A stretch of DNA of 64,000 nt, from contig NC_043000.1 of the NCBI RefSeq assembly GCF_006345805.1, forward strand, positions 93,372,001 through 93,436,000, in the 5' to 3' direction. A program made the translations under genes and the position numbers. The notes under the pieces were generated by a model that worked only from the letters and a program-made list of their open reading frames with translations, did not search any database and was not told where the DNA came from. The stretch is from Octopus sinensis (taxonomy: Eukaryota). Shown here in pieces: positions 39,689 to 53,515 of this stretch (position 1 is the stretch's first letter; every line of letters starts with the position of its first letter).

Positions 39689-40224
39689 ATATATACATAC
39701 ACACACACACACACATGTATGTGTGTGTGTTGTGTAACATATATATGAGGAAATTAGGTAGTGATTATATCATAGACTTAACCTCGTAGTCGGGTTTCGT
39801 AATAGACATTAAGTTATACTTGTGTGTGTACGCATGCATGTATGTACACACACTCAAACAAACACACACGCATGGGTCCACGCACCTAGACAACGTACAC
39901 ATATATAGACGTTGTAGATGTATACATACATGTCCATATACATAACCATAATTCCGATATATATATATATATACATAACCACCATACGCATAAAAATCTA
40001 TAGAAATACATATATACATACATACATTACATACATGCATGCATGCATTCATACAAAACTTATGGCCCACGTGCACAACACTATACCAACCCACACAGCT
40101 CCCGCCACATGCATACATGCACCCACGCATACAAACTCATGCATATCTCCAAATAATTTAATGAAATGCGTATTTTATGCATACAAATATTTATTTTATA
40201 TTTAACTAAATGTGCACTCACGCA

Positions 40225-40255
<31 letters not shown>

Positions 40256-40719
40256 ATACACCACCGTTGAGTCACGCACAATTTACGAAAAGATATATTA
40301 GTTATATAGGTTAGTAGCATGTACGAGTTTGGCTCCTATGAAAAAAGCTTTGGCTTGAATTAAATTAAATCAATTAAATTAAATATGTAAAGAAAGAAAT
40401 TGAAAAGAGTTTAGAAGGAATTAAAAGATTTTGAATTCTTCATTTCGTCAAACTTTTATCCACATAGCTATGTATGTATGTTTATATGTATGCATGCATG
40501 CATGCATGTAAGTATGAATGCATGTAGACGTATACATATGTAAATTCTTTCTTTTTGGAAGGGTCAACAATGTATATTTATAGAAATACATGACGTCAAC
40601 TATATACATATATAGATATATATGACGTCAACTATATATCTCTCCATCTATCTATATACATAAATAAATACATACATACATGCATACATACACACATACA
40701 CACACACACACACATGCTA

Positions 40720-40867
40720 GCAAAAACTGTCCGATCAACGGCAACGTGAAACTCAGAGTAACAGGTTTTGTTGAATTTTCTGGTGCTTTAAATAAAGCAT
40801 ATTACTCTACCACTGGTATTTGAGTACTCTTTTTCCACCTTGTTTCACATTTATGTGTTTAGTCCTG
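40720..40867 (+). mobile_element. Family J copy (HHR-like motif at 40727-40765 with G8C change)
   Basis: CUGU-CCGAUCA-ACG(GCAA)CGU-GAA-ACUCAGAGU-A/ACAGG. Ends at (TA)n. Confidence 0.7.
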
Positions 40868-40885
40868 TATATATAATATATATAA

Positions 40886-40987
<102 letters not shown>

Positions 40988-41174
40988 ATTAATATATATA
41001 TATATCTATATATATCTATATATATATATATATATGCACAGGTGTAGGAGTGGCTGTTTGGTAAGTAGCTTGCTAACGAACCACATGGTTCGGGTTCAGT
41101 CCCACTGCGTGGCACCTTGGCAAGTGTCTTCTACTATAGCCTCGGCCGACCAAACTGTTATTATAAAGCCCGTC

Positions 41175-41226
<52 letters not shown>

Positions 41227-41840
41227 CACGCACACATATATATATGTGTGTGTGTGTGTGTGCGTGTATGTGTGTGTGTGTTCGTGTGTACGAATATAAT
41301 ATATTTGTGTGTATATACATATAGTGTATGTCCATAGATTTATATATATGTAGATAGATGTACGTATATATATAGATAGATACATGCATATACATACACG
41401 CACACATATGTATGTAACTACGTATGCAACTATGTATGTATATAAGCACATATATATGTTTATACATACACAGAATGCATAGACACACTCACATACACTT
41501 AAATGCTTTTGTGTATGTTTGGTTATACCTATGTGCGTGTATGTGTGTACGGACGCATATTTGCCTGTATGTGTTTATATGGAAATAACCGAAGCAAAAA
41601 TAACAAACATGCATAACCACCCACCACTCGGATCCTCATATAAACACACACACACACATTAACACACATACATTCAAACTTTCTGTCACACGCACACGCA
41701 TGCCAACCCGGACAAACATATATATACAATTATATAACAGCGTATTCATTTTTGCACACACACACACATATATACACACACCAATACACACACACACATA
41801 TATAAACATTCATACATACACATATATATGCGTTTACATA

Positions 41841-42060
<220 letters not shown>

Positions 42061-42070
42061 TCTATCTATC

Positions 42071-42110
<40 letters not shown>

Positions 42111-42152
42111 GTCTGTCTGTCTGTCTGTCTTATCTGTCCTGTCTGTCTATCT

Positions 42153-42197
<45 letters not shown>

Positions 42198-42214
42198 ATA
42201 TATATATATCTATG

Positions 42215-42247
<33 letters not shown>

Positions 42248-42644
42248 TCATACATACACACATACATACACACATACATACGCACACACACACACATACA
42301 AACTCACACACATGCATACATACATTGATGTGTGTGTGTGTGTGTGTGTATTCTCTGTGTGTAATTTTTTTTTCCCCAACGTAGTAGATAGAGGCATGAA
42401 TGCTTAAAACTGCTACAGCTGCAAGATTTTCTTTCAACTATTGTATTAATCCTAATCCTCATAGGACGATTCAGTCCGATTGTGGCAATAATTTTTAAAA
42501 CGCCATCGCATGTTTGCTATTTTTAAAGAACTCGTTCTCTCTACGACTGGTGGTTCGTTAAAAATTGAGTAGTCTATAAATAGCGTTTTTTTGCCATAGC
42601 AAAAATACAAGTAAACAACGAGACAAATGTATAAACAAATAACT

Positions 42645-42679
42645 GATGATAATGATTATGGTGAATAATAATAATAATA

Positions 42680-42748
<69 letters not shown>

Positions 42749-42779
42749 CAACAATAACAATAATAATAATAATAATGAT

Positions 42780-42812
<33 letters not shown>

Positions 42813-42902
42813 AATAATAATAATAACAATAATAATGATAATAATAATAATAATGATAATGATAATAATATTAATAATAATAATAATAACAACAACAACA
42901 AC

Positions 42903-42943
<41 letters not shown>

Positions 42944-43020
42944 TAATAATAATAATAATATTAATAATAATCATAATAATAATAATGATAATAATAATAA
43001 TATTAATAATAATAATAATA

Positions 43021-43057
<37 letters not shown>

Positions 43058-43176
43058 CACAAACAATAACAACACCAACAACAACAATAATAATAATAAT
43101 AATAATAATATAATAATAATATTAATAATAATAATAATGGTAATAATAATAATAATGATAATAATAATAATAATAA

Positions 43177-43208
<32 letters not shown>

Positions 43209-43228
43209 TAATAATAATAATAATAATA
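42645..43228. repeat. (TAA)n/(CAA)n/(TGA)n trinucleotide array
   Basis: Direct reading. Confidence 0.95.
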
Positions 43229-43363
43229 GCAGTATGAAATTAAGAAAGGATATTAGACGAGTATCGTTTACAAAACATGCGTTCGTGAATAACGAATGAA
43301 CTTTAAACAAAGTTACCTAGCTAACGAATGAACGATGATTAAGAAAGTACGTGGTAAAAAAAA

Positions 43364-43408
<45 letters not shown>

Positions 43409-43765
43409 TAAATTATATATAATATATAAATATATATTTGCGCTCGTCTTTTTGTCTGTCTGTATGCCTGTATGTTTGTATGGTCGTACGTATTTGTATG
43501 CGCGCACTTGCGCGTGTGTGTGTGTATTCAAGTATACCCACATGCATACACGCATAGTATGCGTATTTGTAGTCTTACGCACGTACGTAGATACGTTTAT
43601 ACATACGTGCATGTGTGTGTCTGTGTGCATGTGTGTGTGTATGCATATGTCAATGTATATGTGTGTATGGATCGACAGACAAACTGACAGACAATTGGAT
43701 TGATAGAAAGATTGATTGATAGATAAAATTGATAGAGAGAAACAAATAGATAGACAACAGACAAT

Positions 43766-44206
<441 letters not shown>

Positions 44207-44239
44207 TAGATAGATAGATAGGTAGATAGATAGATAGAC

Positions 44240-44286
<47 letters not shown>

Positions 44287-44317
44287 CAGATAGATTCAGT
44301 AAAGATAGATAGATACC

Positions 44318-44407
<90 letters not shown>

Positions 44408-44628
44408 GTGGTAATTTGTACCACAACCAATAAAAAAATATGTTTGTATGATTTTTCTTTGAGTTTTATCTAAGCTCTTGAGAGAGTTTAAGTCGGCCGC
44501 TAACAAAGCGACAATACCTATTTTTAGTTAAGAGAGTTCCCGTGTTTGTAAATATACGGTTGAGTTGGTGTATTGGTTGACCTCTCAACATATACATCCA
44601 AGTGTGTGCATCTATTAACATAAGAATG

Positions 44629-44886
44629 TCAAATGGAGAATTTTCGGAGTGTCTTACAAATCTTCACTGTGCCACTAACAGATTGGGTTTGGAGAATCGG
44701 CGGCAGTTACTTTTGAACTTACTTCGTGAAATCGAGTATTTCTAGATTTTTGTGTTAGTTTGGTGCTACACAACCTTATGCACCTATGAAGATAGGTACA
44801 AATGGGAGTTCATAATCAGGGTACAAGAGCTGTAAGTTCTGCATTAATTCGCCGTAAAATTTCTCTTTTTCTTGGACTTTTGGTTG
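44629..44886 (-). pseudogene. C-terminal fragment of an RLE-type (R2/R4/NeSL/CRE group) non-LTR ORF, 5' junction in (CATA)n
   Basis: KEKFYGELMQNLQLLYPDYELPFVPIFIGA...QSVSGTVKICKTLRKF*. Confidence 0.65.
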
Positions 44887-44925
44887 TATGTATGTATGTA
44901 TGTATGTATGTATGTATGTATGTAT

Positions 44926-45484
44926 GACACATGGGAAGGCATAGCTATTGATCGTAGCAGGTGGAGAAGGATTGTGCATGAGAGGACAGCCACTTTTGAG
45001 AAATCTCGAGTTGCACATGAGAAAGTAAGGAGGGATGTCAGGAAGGGCATCGCTGTTACACTTCCAGAAGGGAAGGGTCTTGCTTTGATTCTGACGTGCA
45101 ATGTCTGTGCAAGACCCTGCCTCAGTAAAGCTGGACTCATGAGTCATCTTCGAGGTCATAAAACGAGACAGATGAGTGACAACCTGGCCACTGGTGGTGG
45201 TGTAACACACCATACTAATCATATCTGTCGGGCATGTGGAAGAGAGTGTAATTCGGCAGGAGGACTTAAACGACATGCAAAGGTACATGAAGCCCAGTTA
45301 CAACTACAGCCGGCTATTACAGTAAAAGTTTTAGTTGCCAATTTTGTACAAGACATTGTAGATCTTTAGCTGGGCTAAAAAGTCACATTCGATCACAGCA
45401 CCAGTAACAGTTAAGCTTCGTGCAATGGCCATACTCGATAACGAGGGGGCAGCCATAAATGAATAAATAAATAAATAAATAAAT
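44926..45484 (+). mobile_element. RTE LINE 3' end with three C2H2 zinc fingers and (TAAA)n tail
   Basis: WEGIAIDRSRWRRIVH...FEKSR, then CNVC-x12-HLRGH, CRAC-x12-HAKVH and (frameshifted) CQFC-x12-HIRSQH*. Confidence 0.85.
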
Positions 45485-45560
45485 GTATGTATGTATGTAT
45501 GATGTATGTATGTATGTATGTATGTATGTATGTATGTATGTATGTATGTATGTATGTATG

Positions 45561-45933
45561 TCATTATTCAGTGTCATTTCAAGATATCTTACCAATAGAG
45601 ACAGTTCCTAACCTAGATCCAAGGCTCCTTCACTGGAATTTCCACAACATCAACAGGGTATTTTGTATGCATGTATATCTCTTTTACCCTTTTACTCTTT
45701 TACTTGTTTCAGTCATTTGACTGCGGCTATGCTGGAGCACCGCCTTTTGTCAAGCAATTCGACCCCAGGACTTATTCTTTGGAAGCCTAGTATTTATTCT
45801 ATCGGTCTCTTTTGCCGAATCACTAAGTTACGGGGACGTAAGCACATCAGCATCGGTTGTCAAGCGATGTTGGGCGGGGGGACAAACACAAACACACAAA
45901 GATACACACACACACACATATGTATATATATGC

Positions 45934-45973
<40 letters not shown>

Positions 45974-46075
45974 AATCCAAACGGGAAACAAAAAAACAAC
46001 AACAATGGAACAATTACAGTATTATTATTAATAGGCGCTCAGGAAATGGAAGCAGGGAATGTATATATATGTATA

Positions 46076-46157
<82 letters not shown>

Positions 46158-46812
46158 ATATATATATATATATATACATACATACATACATACATACATA
46201 CGACGGACTTCTTTCAGTTTCCGTCTTCTAAATCCACTTACAAAGCTTTGGTCGGCCTGAGGCTATAGTAGAAGACACTTGCCCAAGGTACCACGCAGTG
46301 GGACTGAACCCGGAACCATGTGGTTCGTAAGCAAGCTACTTACCACACAATTACTCCTACGCCTATATGTGCACATTTGTATGTTTTGTTTTATGTATGT
46401 ATTCTCATGCTTGTAGTTGCATGTCTAGACAAGCTCATATATACTTATATGATCACAATAGTTTCCTTCGGTTACGTATTTACTACATCAGTGTGTTTGA
46501 GGCAGTACCTCAAGACTTCTATTCGCAGCCACATGATATTGTCACATGATTTTTATATGATTTTTAAAAAATTCTTATAATTTCTTACGTTATTCTCAGG
46601 TTTTACTCGCAGTTTGTGGAGTATTTCAATTTAGTAATTCCTCAGGATGGTTTGCATCTGTTGTCTTCGAATCATCTTTCTCCTTTCTGGTGTTGGAAGC
46701 CTAAATTTTCAAGATTGATATTCAGGTAGTGTGTTACATATCCCAGTGTCCCGATAATTACAGGTATAAGCCTGAACTTGTAATCTGGATAGAGTAGTTG
46801 TAGATTCCTCAG
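45561..46812 (-). mobile_element. 5'-truncated RLE-type non-LTR element in (CATA)n, interrupted by S1 SINE (45679-46363)
   Basis: LRNLQLLYPDYKFRLIPVIIGTLGYV at the 5' junction. The 3' UTR resumes after the SINE, with TATAT on both sides of it. (CATA)n lies at both ends. Confidence 0.7.
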
Positions 46813-47399
46813 TATGTATGTATGTATGTATGTATGTATGTATGTATGTATGTATGTATGTATGTATGTATGTATTATGTATGTATTTATGTATGTATGT
46901 ATGTATGTATGTATGTATGTATGTACGTACGTACGCATACATGTAGAAAATAGAACTTGTGCTGCAAACTCTGTGTTTACCTTTTCACAACTAGTCTAAA
47001 ACAAAAATGTATATTATACATTTATACTGTACATTCATTACTGACCTATAGCTTACATTGTAAATTATCCAAAGTGCTGTACAATGGAATAACTAGAGCA
47101 CGCTCACGCACATATATACACACATATAGGCACACACATACGTACCTATATATTTTTTATGTGTGTATGTATATGTGAGTAGGTATGACATGTTTGCATG
47201 TAGATGGATGCAGATAAGCAGACAGTGATACGCACTTAACAGTAGATAAATTTACATTTCTGCCTGTGTTGGTCAAAACCACGTCCAATCTTTAGCACCA
47301 TCTGGTTAAGTATTTTAAGTTACATTTTGTGTCATCCGAACCCACTCTAGTTGAGAATTCTTGGTATTCAAACCTATATATTGGAGGAATTTTTCCATA

Positions 47400-47562
47400 G
47401 GCGCAGGAGTGGCTGTGTGGTAAGTAGCTTGCTTACAACGACATGGTTCCGGGTTCAGTCCCTCTGCGTGGCACCTTGGGCAAGTGTCTTCTTCTATAGC
47501 CTCGGGCTGACCAAAGCCTTGTGAGTGGATTTGGTAGATGGAAACTGAAAGAAGCTCGTCGT

Positions 47563-47619
<57 letters not shown>

Positions 47620-47851
47620 GTGTGTGTGTATATGTATGTGTCTGTATATGTTTGTGTGTCTGTGTTTGTCACCCAACATCTCTTGACAACCAATGCTGGT
47701 GTGTTTACGTCCCTGTAACTTAGCGATTTGGCAAAAGAGACCGATAGAATAAATACTAGGCTTACAAAGAATAAGTCCTGGGGTCGATTTGCTCGACTAA
47801 AGGCGGTGCTCCAGCATGGCTGCAGTCAAATGACTGAAACAAGTAAAAGAA
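47400..47851 (+). mobile_element. SINE S1, full-length reference copy
   Basis: A-box-like TGGCTGTGTGG (47410-47420), B-box-like GGTTCAGTCCC (47452-47462), internal (TA)/(TG) tract and GTAAAAGA tail. Confidence 0.92.
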
Positions 47852-48065
47852 TTACCACTTGAAGACTTATGGATCCTCTTTCTTGAAGTCACAGTTTGGA
47901 ACATCGTAACATATGCAGTCAGTCATATCAGGATATCGTCCTTTTGTTTAGTAAATCTGCGAAAAATTTGTCCAGGTACCATTTGGAGACTTAGGGATAA
48001 TCTTTTCCCTTGATGATTTGTAAGGTTCCGGTATTTTGTTATAAACCATAATATACTATAAAGTA

Positions 48066-48629
48066 TTGGGTTGTCCGGAAAGTTGGCACCGATTTATAGT
48101 AGCTTACCTTTCCACTTATTTTAGAACATGGTTGAGTCCATAAAATAGGATTTGACTACACCTCCATTTAGAGCATAGTTTAAGATATCTTTTCGTGGAA
48201 GAAGGTTTATGTTCCTATAACCTGTGTTAATTCTGTAACCTTTTAAAATGGAAGATAAGAAAGTTCATTTTCGGCACTTGATGCTTTTCTTTTTCTGTAA
48301 AGGAAAAAATGCCTCACAAAAATATACGCAGTTTACGGTAATGTTTCTTTATCCGAAAGAACTGTACGGAAGTGGTTCGCAAGGTTCCAAGCTGGAGATT
48401 GTAGCCTTATTGATAAAGAGCGATCAGGCATTCTATCCACTACAGATGATGACCAAATCAAGTCATTAATTGAGAATAACCCACATTGCACAATCCGAGA
48501 ATTGGCAGAAAGCCTCAACCTATCAAAATCCGTCGTTCATGAGCACCTGGTAAAGCTTGGGTAATAGCAAGTATTTATTGACCTTTTTCTTTCTTTTAAA
48601 AATCGGCACGAAGTTTCCGGACAACCCAA
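48066..48629 (+). mobile_element. Internally deleted mariner retaining the N-terminal HTH region
   Basis: TIRs TTGGGTTGTCCGGAAAGTT and AAGTTTCCGGACAACCCAA with TA flanks. MEDKKVHFRHLMLFFF...RTVRKWFARFQAGD...TIRELAESLNLSKS. Confidence 0.9.
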
Positions 48630-49419
48630 TATATTAAACGTTTTTATAAGTCAATATCATGTTCTATTGTGTTACCAATGCGCTTTCCATCCGATGGGTG
48701 ATGATGAAGGGGCCAAAAATCCCGAAATATGTCATATATGCCCATTACCCATTTTTCATCTTTGATCTCATTGCTTGTTTACATCTGACATCTCGGATAC
48801 GAAGCGTCGTAACAAAACTTAGTGATGGCTACAGTTTCTATTGAATATCTATACAGATGACATTACCAGTGATTTTCTTCCTCGAAGTTACATTTTGGAC
48901 ATCATAACACAGGCATGTAGGGACTTCTAATCGTATCCAGATATCGTCGCTTTGAATGACGAATCCTGGAAGAACTTTTCCAGGTGTCATTTAAAGACTA
49001 AGAGATCATGTTCCTTGATATTTTGGAATGCTGTTGAATAGGGTTGCTTTATAATAAAATTCTGCCGCAATGAGGTTTTTCTTTCGGAGTTTCATTTTTA
49101 GAAGGGCGGCTCATACCTTGTCTCAGATTTGGATAGTTTTTAAAATTCGATGTTTACATCATTTTGGATGGTCTATATAGTGATGCATATTTTTTAAAAT
49201 TTACGCTTTGTTACTGATATCACTTGTGGTTACTGCTGCTGGTTTAATTCATCATTTATAGTTAATCTTTAAATTTTCTTAATGAATATTGTGGTTTTCT
49301 CATGGGGTCCTAATTCTATTTTTATTTACGCATTATGTCGAGTAGAGAGTTTAGTTTCAGCATATATTGGCAATTATATACTAAAATATCCACCAAATCA
49401 GTTTAGTGTATGAAGAAGT

Positions 49420-49900
49420 GGGCGCGTGTATGTATGATTTATGTTCGTGCGTATGTGTTGTATGTATGTATGTAAGTATATATATATGTATATATGCTGT
49501 ATGAATGTATGTTGTATATGTATGTATGTATGTATGTATTTATGTATATGTGCTGTATGAATGTATGCATGTATGTATGTATGTATGTATGTATGTATGT
49601 ATGTATGTATGTATGTATGAATGAATGTATGTATTTATGTATGTATGTATGTACGTATGTAAGTATGTATGTATGTATGTATGTATGTATGTATGTATGT
49701 ATGTATGTATATTTGTATGTATGTATATGTGCTGTATGTATGTATGTATGTATGTATGTATGTATGTATGTATGTATGCAGGTTGTATGTATGTATGCAG
49801 GTTGTATGCATGTATGTATGCACATATGTATCTATGTATGTATGCTGTATGTACGTATATATGTATGTGTTTTGTATGTATGTATTACGTGCATGTGCGT
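49420..49900. repeat. Degenerate (TATG)n array
   Basis: Direct reading. Confidence 0.95.
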
Positions 49901-50161
49901 GTGTGCGTATGAGTATATGTGCATAAAAAACAAGTCGACAAGCACTAGCCATAGATAATTTCTTCCTAGTTTGGTCTGTTCCGAGGCATATTATCAAGAG
50001 GAAATACTTGTGCTGTGTGTATGTACTTATGTGTGTGCGTGTGTGCATGCGTGTATTATGTATTTGTGTATGTGTGTGATGTGTACTTTGCTTCGTTTTT
50101 TTTTTCTCTCTCTCTCTTTCGACCTCTGGGACTCATAAGACAGCTTACACGGTTTTCATGA

Positions 50162-50372
50162 CAGGGTGCGGCAGAAATGCCTCCCGCATTTTAAGCTTTC
50201 AGCTATGTGTTGCTAATGAACTTATGCAAGTGCCAATGATTGTTTTCATTTAGCTAATGAACAAAAACTGGAACCTTTTGTTTAAACAAGAGTAAAATTA
50301 ATTTTTCATAAATGTTGTTTTTTCCCCCTTTGTCAACCTTTCAAATGTGGGAGGTATTTCTGCCGCACCCTG
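50162..50372. mobile_element. Tc1/mariner MITE
   Basis: CAGGGTGCGGCAGAAATGCCTCCCGCATTT...AAATGTGGGAGGTATTTCTGCCGCACCCTG-TA. Confidence 0.8.
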
Positions 50373-50524
50373 TATAAGTGACCGAGATCTCAACATCACC
50401 CTTGAATGGAACGCGTGTTCGTTGCGGGTTTTAAAGCTAGCAGTTTCGAGTGGAAGAGCAAGTCGACTACATCGATCCCGGTACTTGAATAGCACTTTAT
50501 TTTCTCGACCCCCGCAGTATGTAT

Positions 50525-50757
50525 GTATGTATGTAAATTTAAAATGAGGGCGAAAAATTGAATATTGATTTGATTAATATCAATTTAAAACCAGTGGTCT
50601 AGCATATTAAAATCTGAAGGTTCAGAAAATTATATTACATACACATAAGAAGGATGACCACAACGTGGACAACTCTTATGCTAGATCCGCTATGGTATGA
50701 CCATAGCGGATCTACTTCTAGCATAAGGGTTGTCCACGTTGTGGTCATTCTTCTTAT
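50525..50757. mobile_element. Family D relative with a hairpin at 50645-50757
   Basis: Near-perfect fold-back of about 113 nt. The flank is homologous to the reverse complement of 16985-17090. Confidence 0.65.
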
Positions 50758-51163
50758 ATGTATGTAATATATATGTATGTATGTATGTATGTATGTGTGT
50801 GTGCGTGTGTATGTGTGTGTGTGTGCACCCGTACGTGTATATATGTATATATGTACGTCTGTCTATGTATGTATGTATGTATCTGTTGTCTGTCTCTCTC
50901 TCTCTATAATATATTCTCTTACTTGCTTGAGTCATTTGACTGCGGCCATGCGGGAGCATCGCCTTTAGTCGAACAAATCGACCTCAGGACTTATTCTTTG
51001 TATGCCTTGCACTTAATCTATCGGTCTCTTTCGTCGAACCGTTAAGTTGCGGGGACGTAAACACATCAACATCGGTTGTCAGGCGATGGTAGGGGGACAA
51101 ACACAGACACACAAATACATACATACGTACATACGTACATACATACATACATACATACATACA

Positions 51164-51194
<31 letters not shown>

Positions 51195-51220
51195 GTGTGT
51201 GTACATATATATATAGATAC

Positions 51221-51561
51221 TACCGTCAGAATTAATTAGCACCCTTGATTGCTCTTCACAAGGTATGTGCTGCACCTAGTAGCCATATCCAACTATGCGA
51301 GTTCACTGTTGCGCAGAACGATGACGTAACTTGTTTGCAGAGCAGTTTGAGAGTCTACAGCCTTATGATGTTGACATAGCAGTGCAACAACAACTTGGGT
51401 GCGGATGCAGACAAATCTTCCTTTGTTTAATAGATATAGTAGCGCCTGCAAGGACCGAAATCACACCATACTAAGTTCTCATCCGTAAGACGTTTTGAAC
51501 AGCTCATAGGTTAATGATTAACTATTTATATTTGAGAAGTGCTAATTAATTTCTGACGCAA
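51221..51561. mobile_element. pogo/Tc1-like MITE
   Basis: TACCGTCAGAATTAATTAGCAC...GTGCTAATTAATTTCTGACG. Confidence 0.65.
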
Positions 51562-53084
51562 GTGTATAGTTAATCCAACATGAAAACACAAGAGAGAAAA
51601 CACAACAACGCGAGGACGTGGAACAAGTATAGTGTTATTGGACGCTCAGGAAAGAAGGAAAGAATATATATATATATATATATATATATGTCGGGCTTCT
51701 TTCAGTTTCCGTCTACCAAATCCACTCACAAGGCTTTGGTCAGCCCGAGGCTATAGTAGAGAACACTTGCCCAAGGTGCTACGCAGTGGGACTGAACCCA
51801 GAACCGTGTAATTCGGAAGCAAGCTTCTTACCGCACAGCCATATAAAGAAGGTTGGCAGTGGTTTGGAAGTTTCGAATGACTGGCCGTCATCAGAACATA
51901 ACGAGCAGGAAGAAAAGAAAAAACAGCAGGGCATTTTGTCCGACCTCTGACGATTCTGCCAATATAATGGTTCTACCAAAAAAAGTCCAGGAGCAAAAAA
52001 ATTTTTCCATGATAAATAAATTTCCTTTCTGTCTTCTAATTTTAATTGCTTATGTTCTGTTCTTCGAATGTTTTTCTCGTTATGTCTTACTTTCTATATG
52101 TTGCCGACTTATTTTGTGTTTACTTTTATTTGTAGCTTAATCTCCTGCTGTTGTTTTATTCATCTAGCTAAGATTGTTATTGTTGTTGTTGTCCTCGTTA
52201 CTTCTACGTTTTTGTTTCCCCATGTTTTTGCGTAACATTATTCAGCCCTAGCTTCGGTTTCGTATTTGGTTTGCAAGATTCTAAATGTAAATTCGTGTGT
52301 TGAAACAAGTTCTGTTGTGTCTTGGGTGAGTCATTACACCAGTAATAAACACACGCACTGCTTCGATTCCACCTCTTTATTATTAGCCAATTGGTTAAAT
52401 ATCTGACACTCTGTCGGTCACGACGATGAGAGTCCCAGTTGATCCAATCAACAGAACAGCCTGCTTGTGAAATTAACGTGCATGTGGCTGAGCACTCCAC
52501 AGACATAAATAATAATAAATAAATGCGCCCTTTTAAAGCCTAGCCAGGCTCATGGGCCAGGTTTCCCGGTTTCAATGGCGTATGTGTTCCCCAGCTGGAT
52601 GGGACGCTAGTCCATTGCAGCGTTACTCATTTTTGCCAGCTGAGTGGACTGGAGCAACGTAAAATGAAGTGTTTTGCTCAAGAACACAACGCGTCGCCCG
52701 GTCCAGGAATCGAAACTACAATTTTACGGTCATGATGCTGGCACCCTAACCACTAAGCCACGCGCCTCCACAGATATACGTACCCTTAACGCAGTGAAAT
52801 ACAGTGTGACAAGCCTGGTCCAATGAAATAAAGGCACTACTCATTTTTGCCAGATGAGTGGACTGGAGCAACGGGAAACAAAATGTCTTGCCCAAGGACA
52901 CAACGCATCGCCGAGAATTGAACTCACAACTTTACGATTATGAGCCAAATACCCTAACCACTAAGCCACGCGACTTCATGGTTAAATATCTAACCAACCA
53001 ACTACTTGATCGTTTGTTTAATGTGTTGGTTAAAAAATCAATCGGTTGTTTGTTTGTCAAAGTTCTTTCGCCGCTATTCGCAAA

Positions 53085-53267
53085 CTCTTTTACTCTTTTA
53101 CTTGTTTCAGTCATTTGACTGCGGCCATGTTGGAGCACCGCCTTTAGTCGAGCAAACCGACCCCAGGACTTATTCTGCCGGTCTCTTTTGCCGAACCGCT
53201 AAGTTACGGGGACGTAAACACACCAGCATCGGTTGTCAAGCGATGTTGGGGGGACAAACACAGACAC

Positions 53268-53304
<37 letters not shown>

Positions 53305-53318
53305 TACATATATATATA

Positions 53319-53351
<33 letters not shown>

Positions 53352-53515
53352 CGACGAGCTTCTTTCAGTTTCCGTCTACCAAATCCACTCACAAGGCTTT
53401 GGTCGACCCGAGGCTATAGTAGAAGACACTTGCCCAAGGTGCCACGCAATGGGACTGAACCCCAGAACCATATGGTTAGCAAACAAGCTACTTATCACAC
53501 AGCCACTCCTGCGCC
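53085..53515 (-). mobile_element. SINE S1, full length
   Basis: Matches 47400-47851. Confidence 0.9.

Noticed and set aside
46625-46647. CUGAGGA...GAAA on the minus strand
   Set aside because: It lies in RLE-element sequence and has no helix I or III.
47400-47470. tRNA-like A/B boxes here and at other SINE heads
   Set aside because: They continue into SINE bodies and lack an intact cloverleaf, so they are not called tRNA genes.
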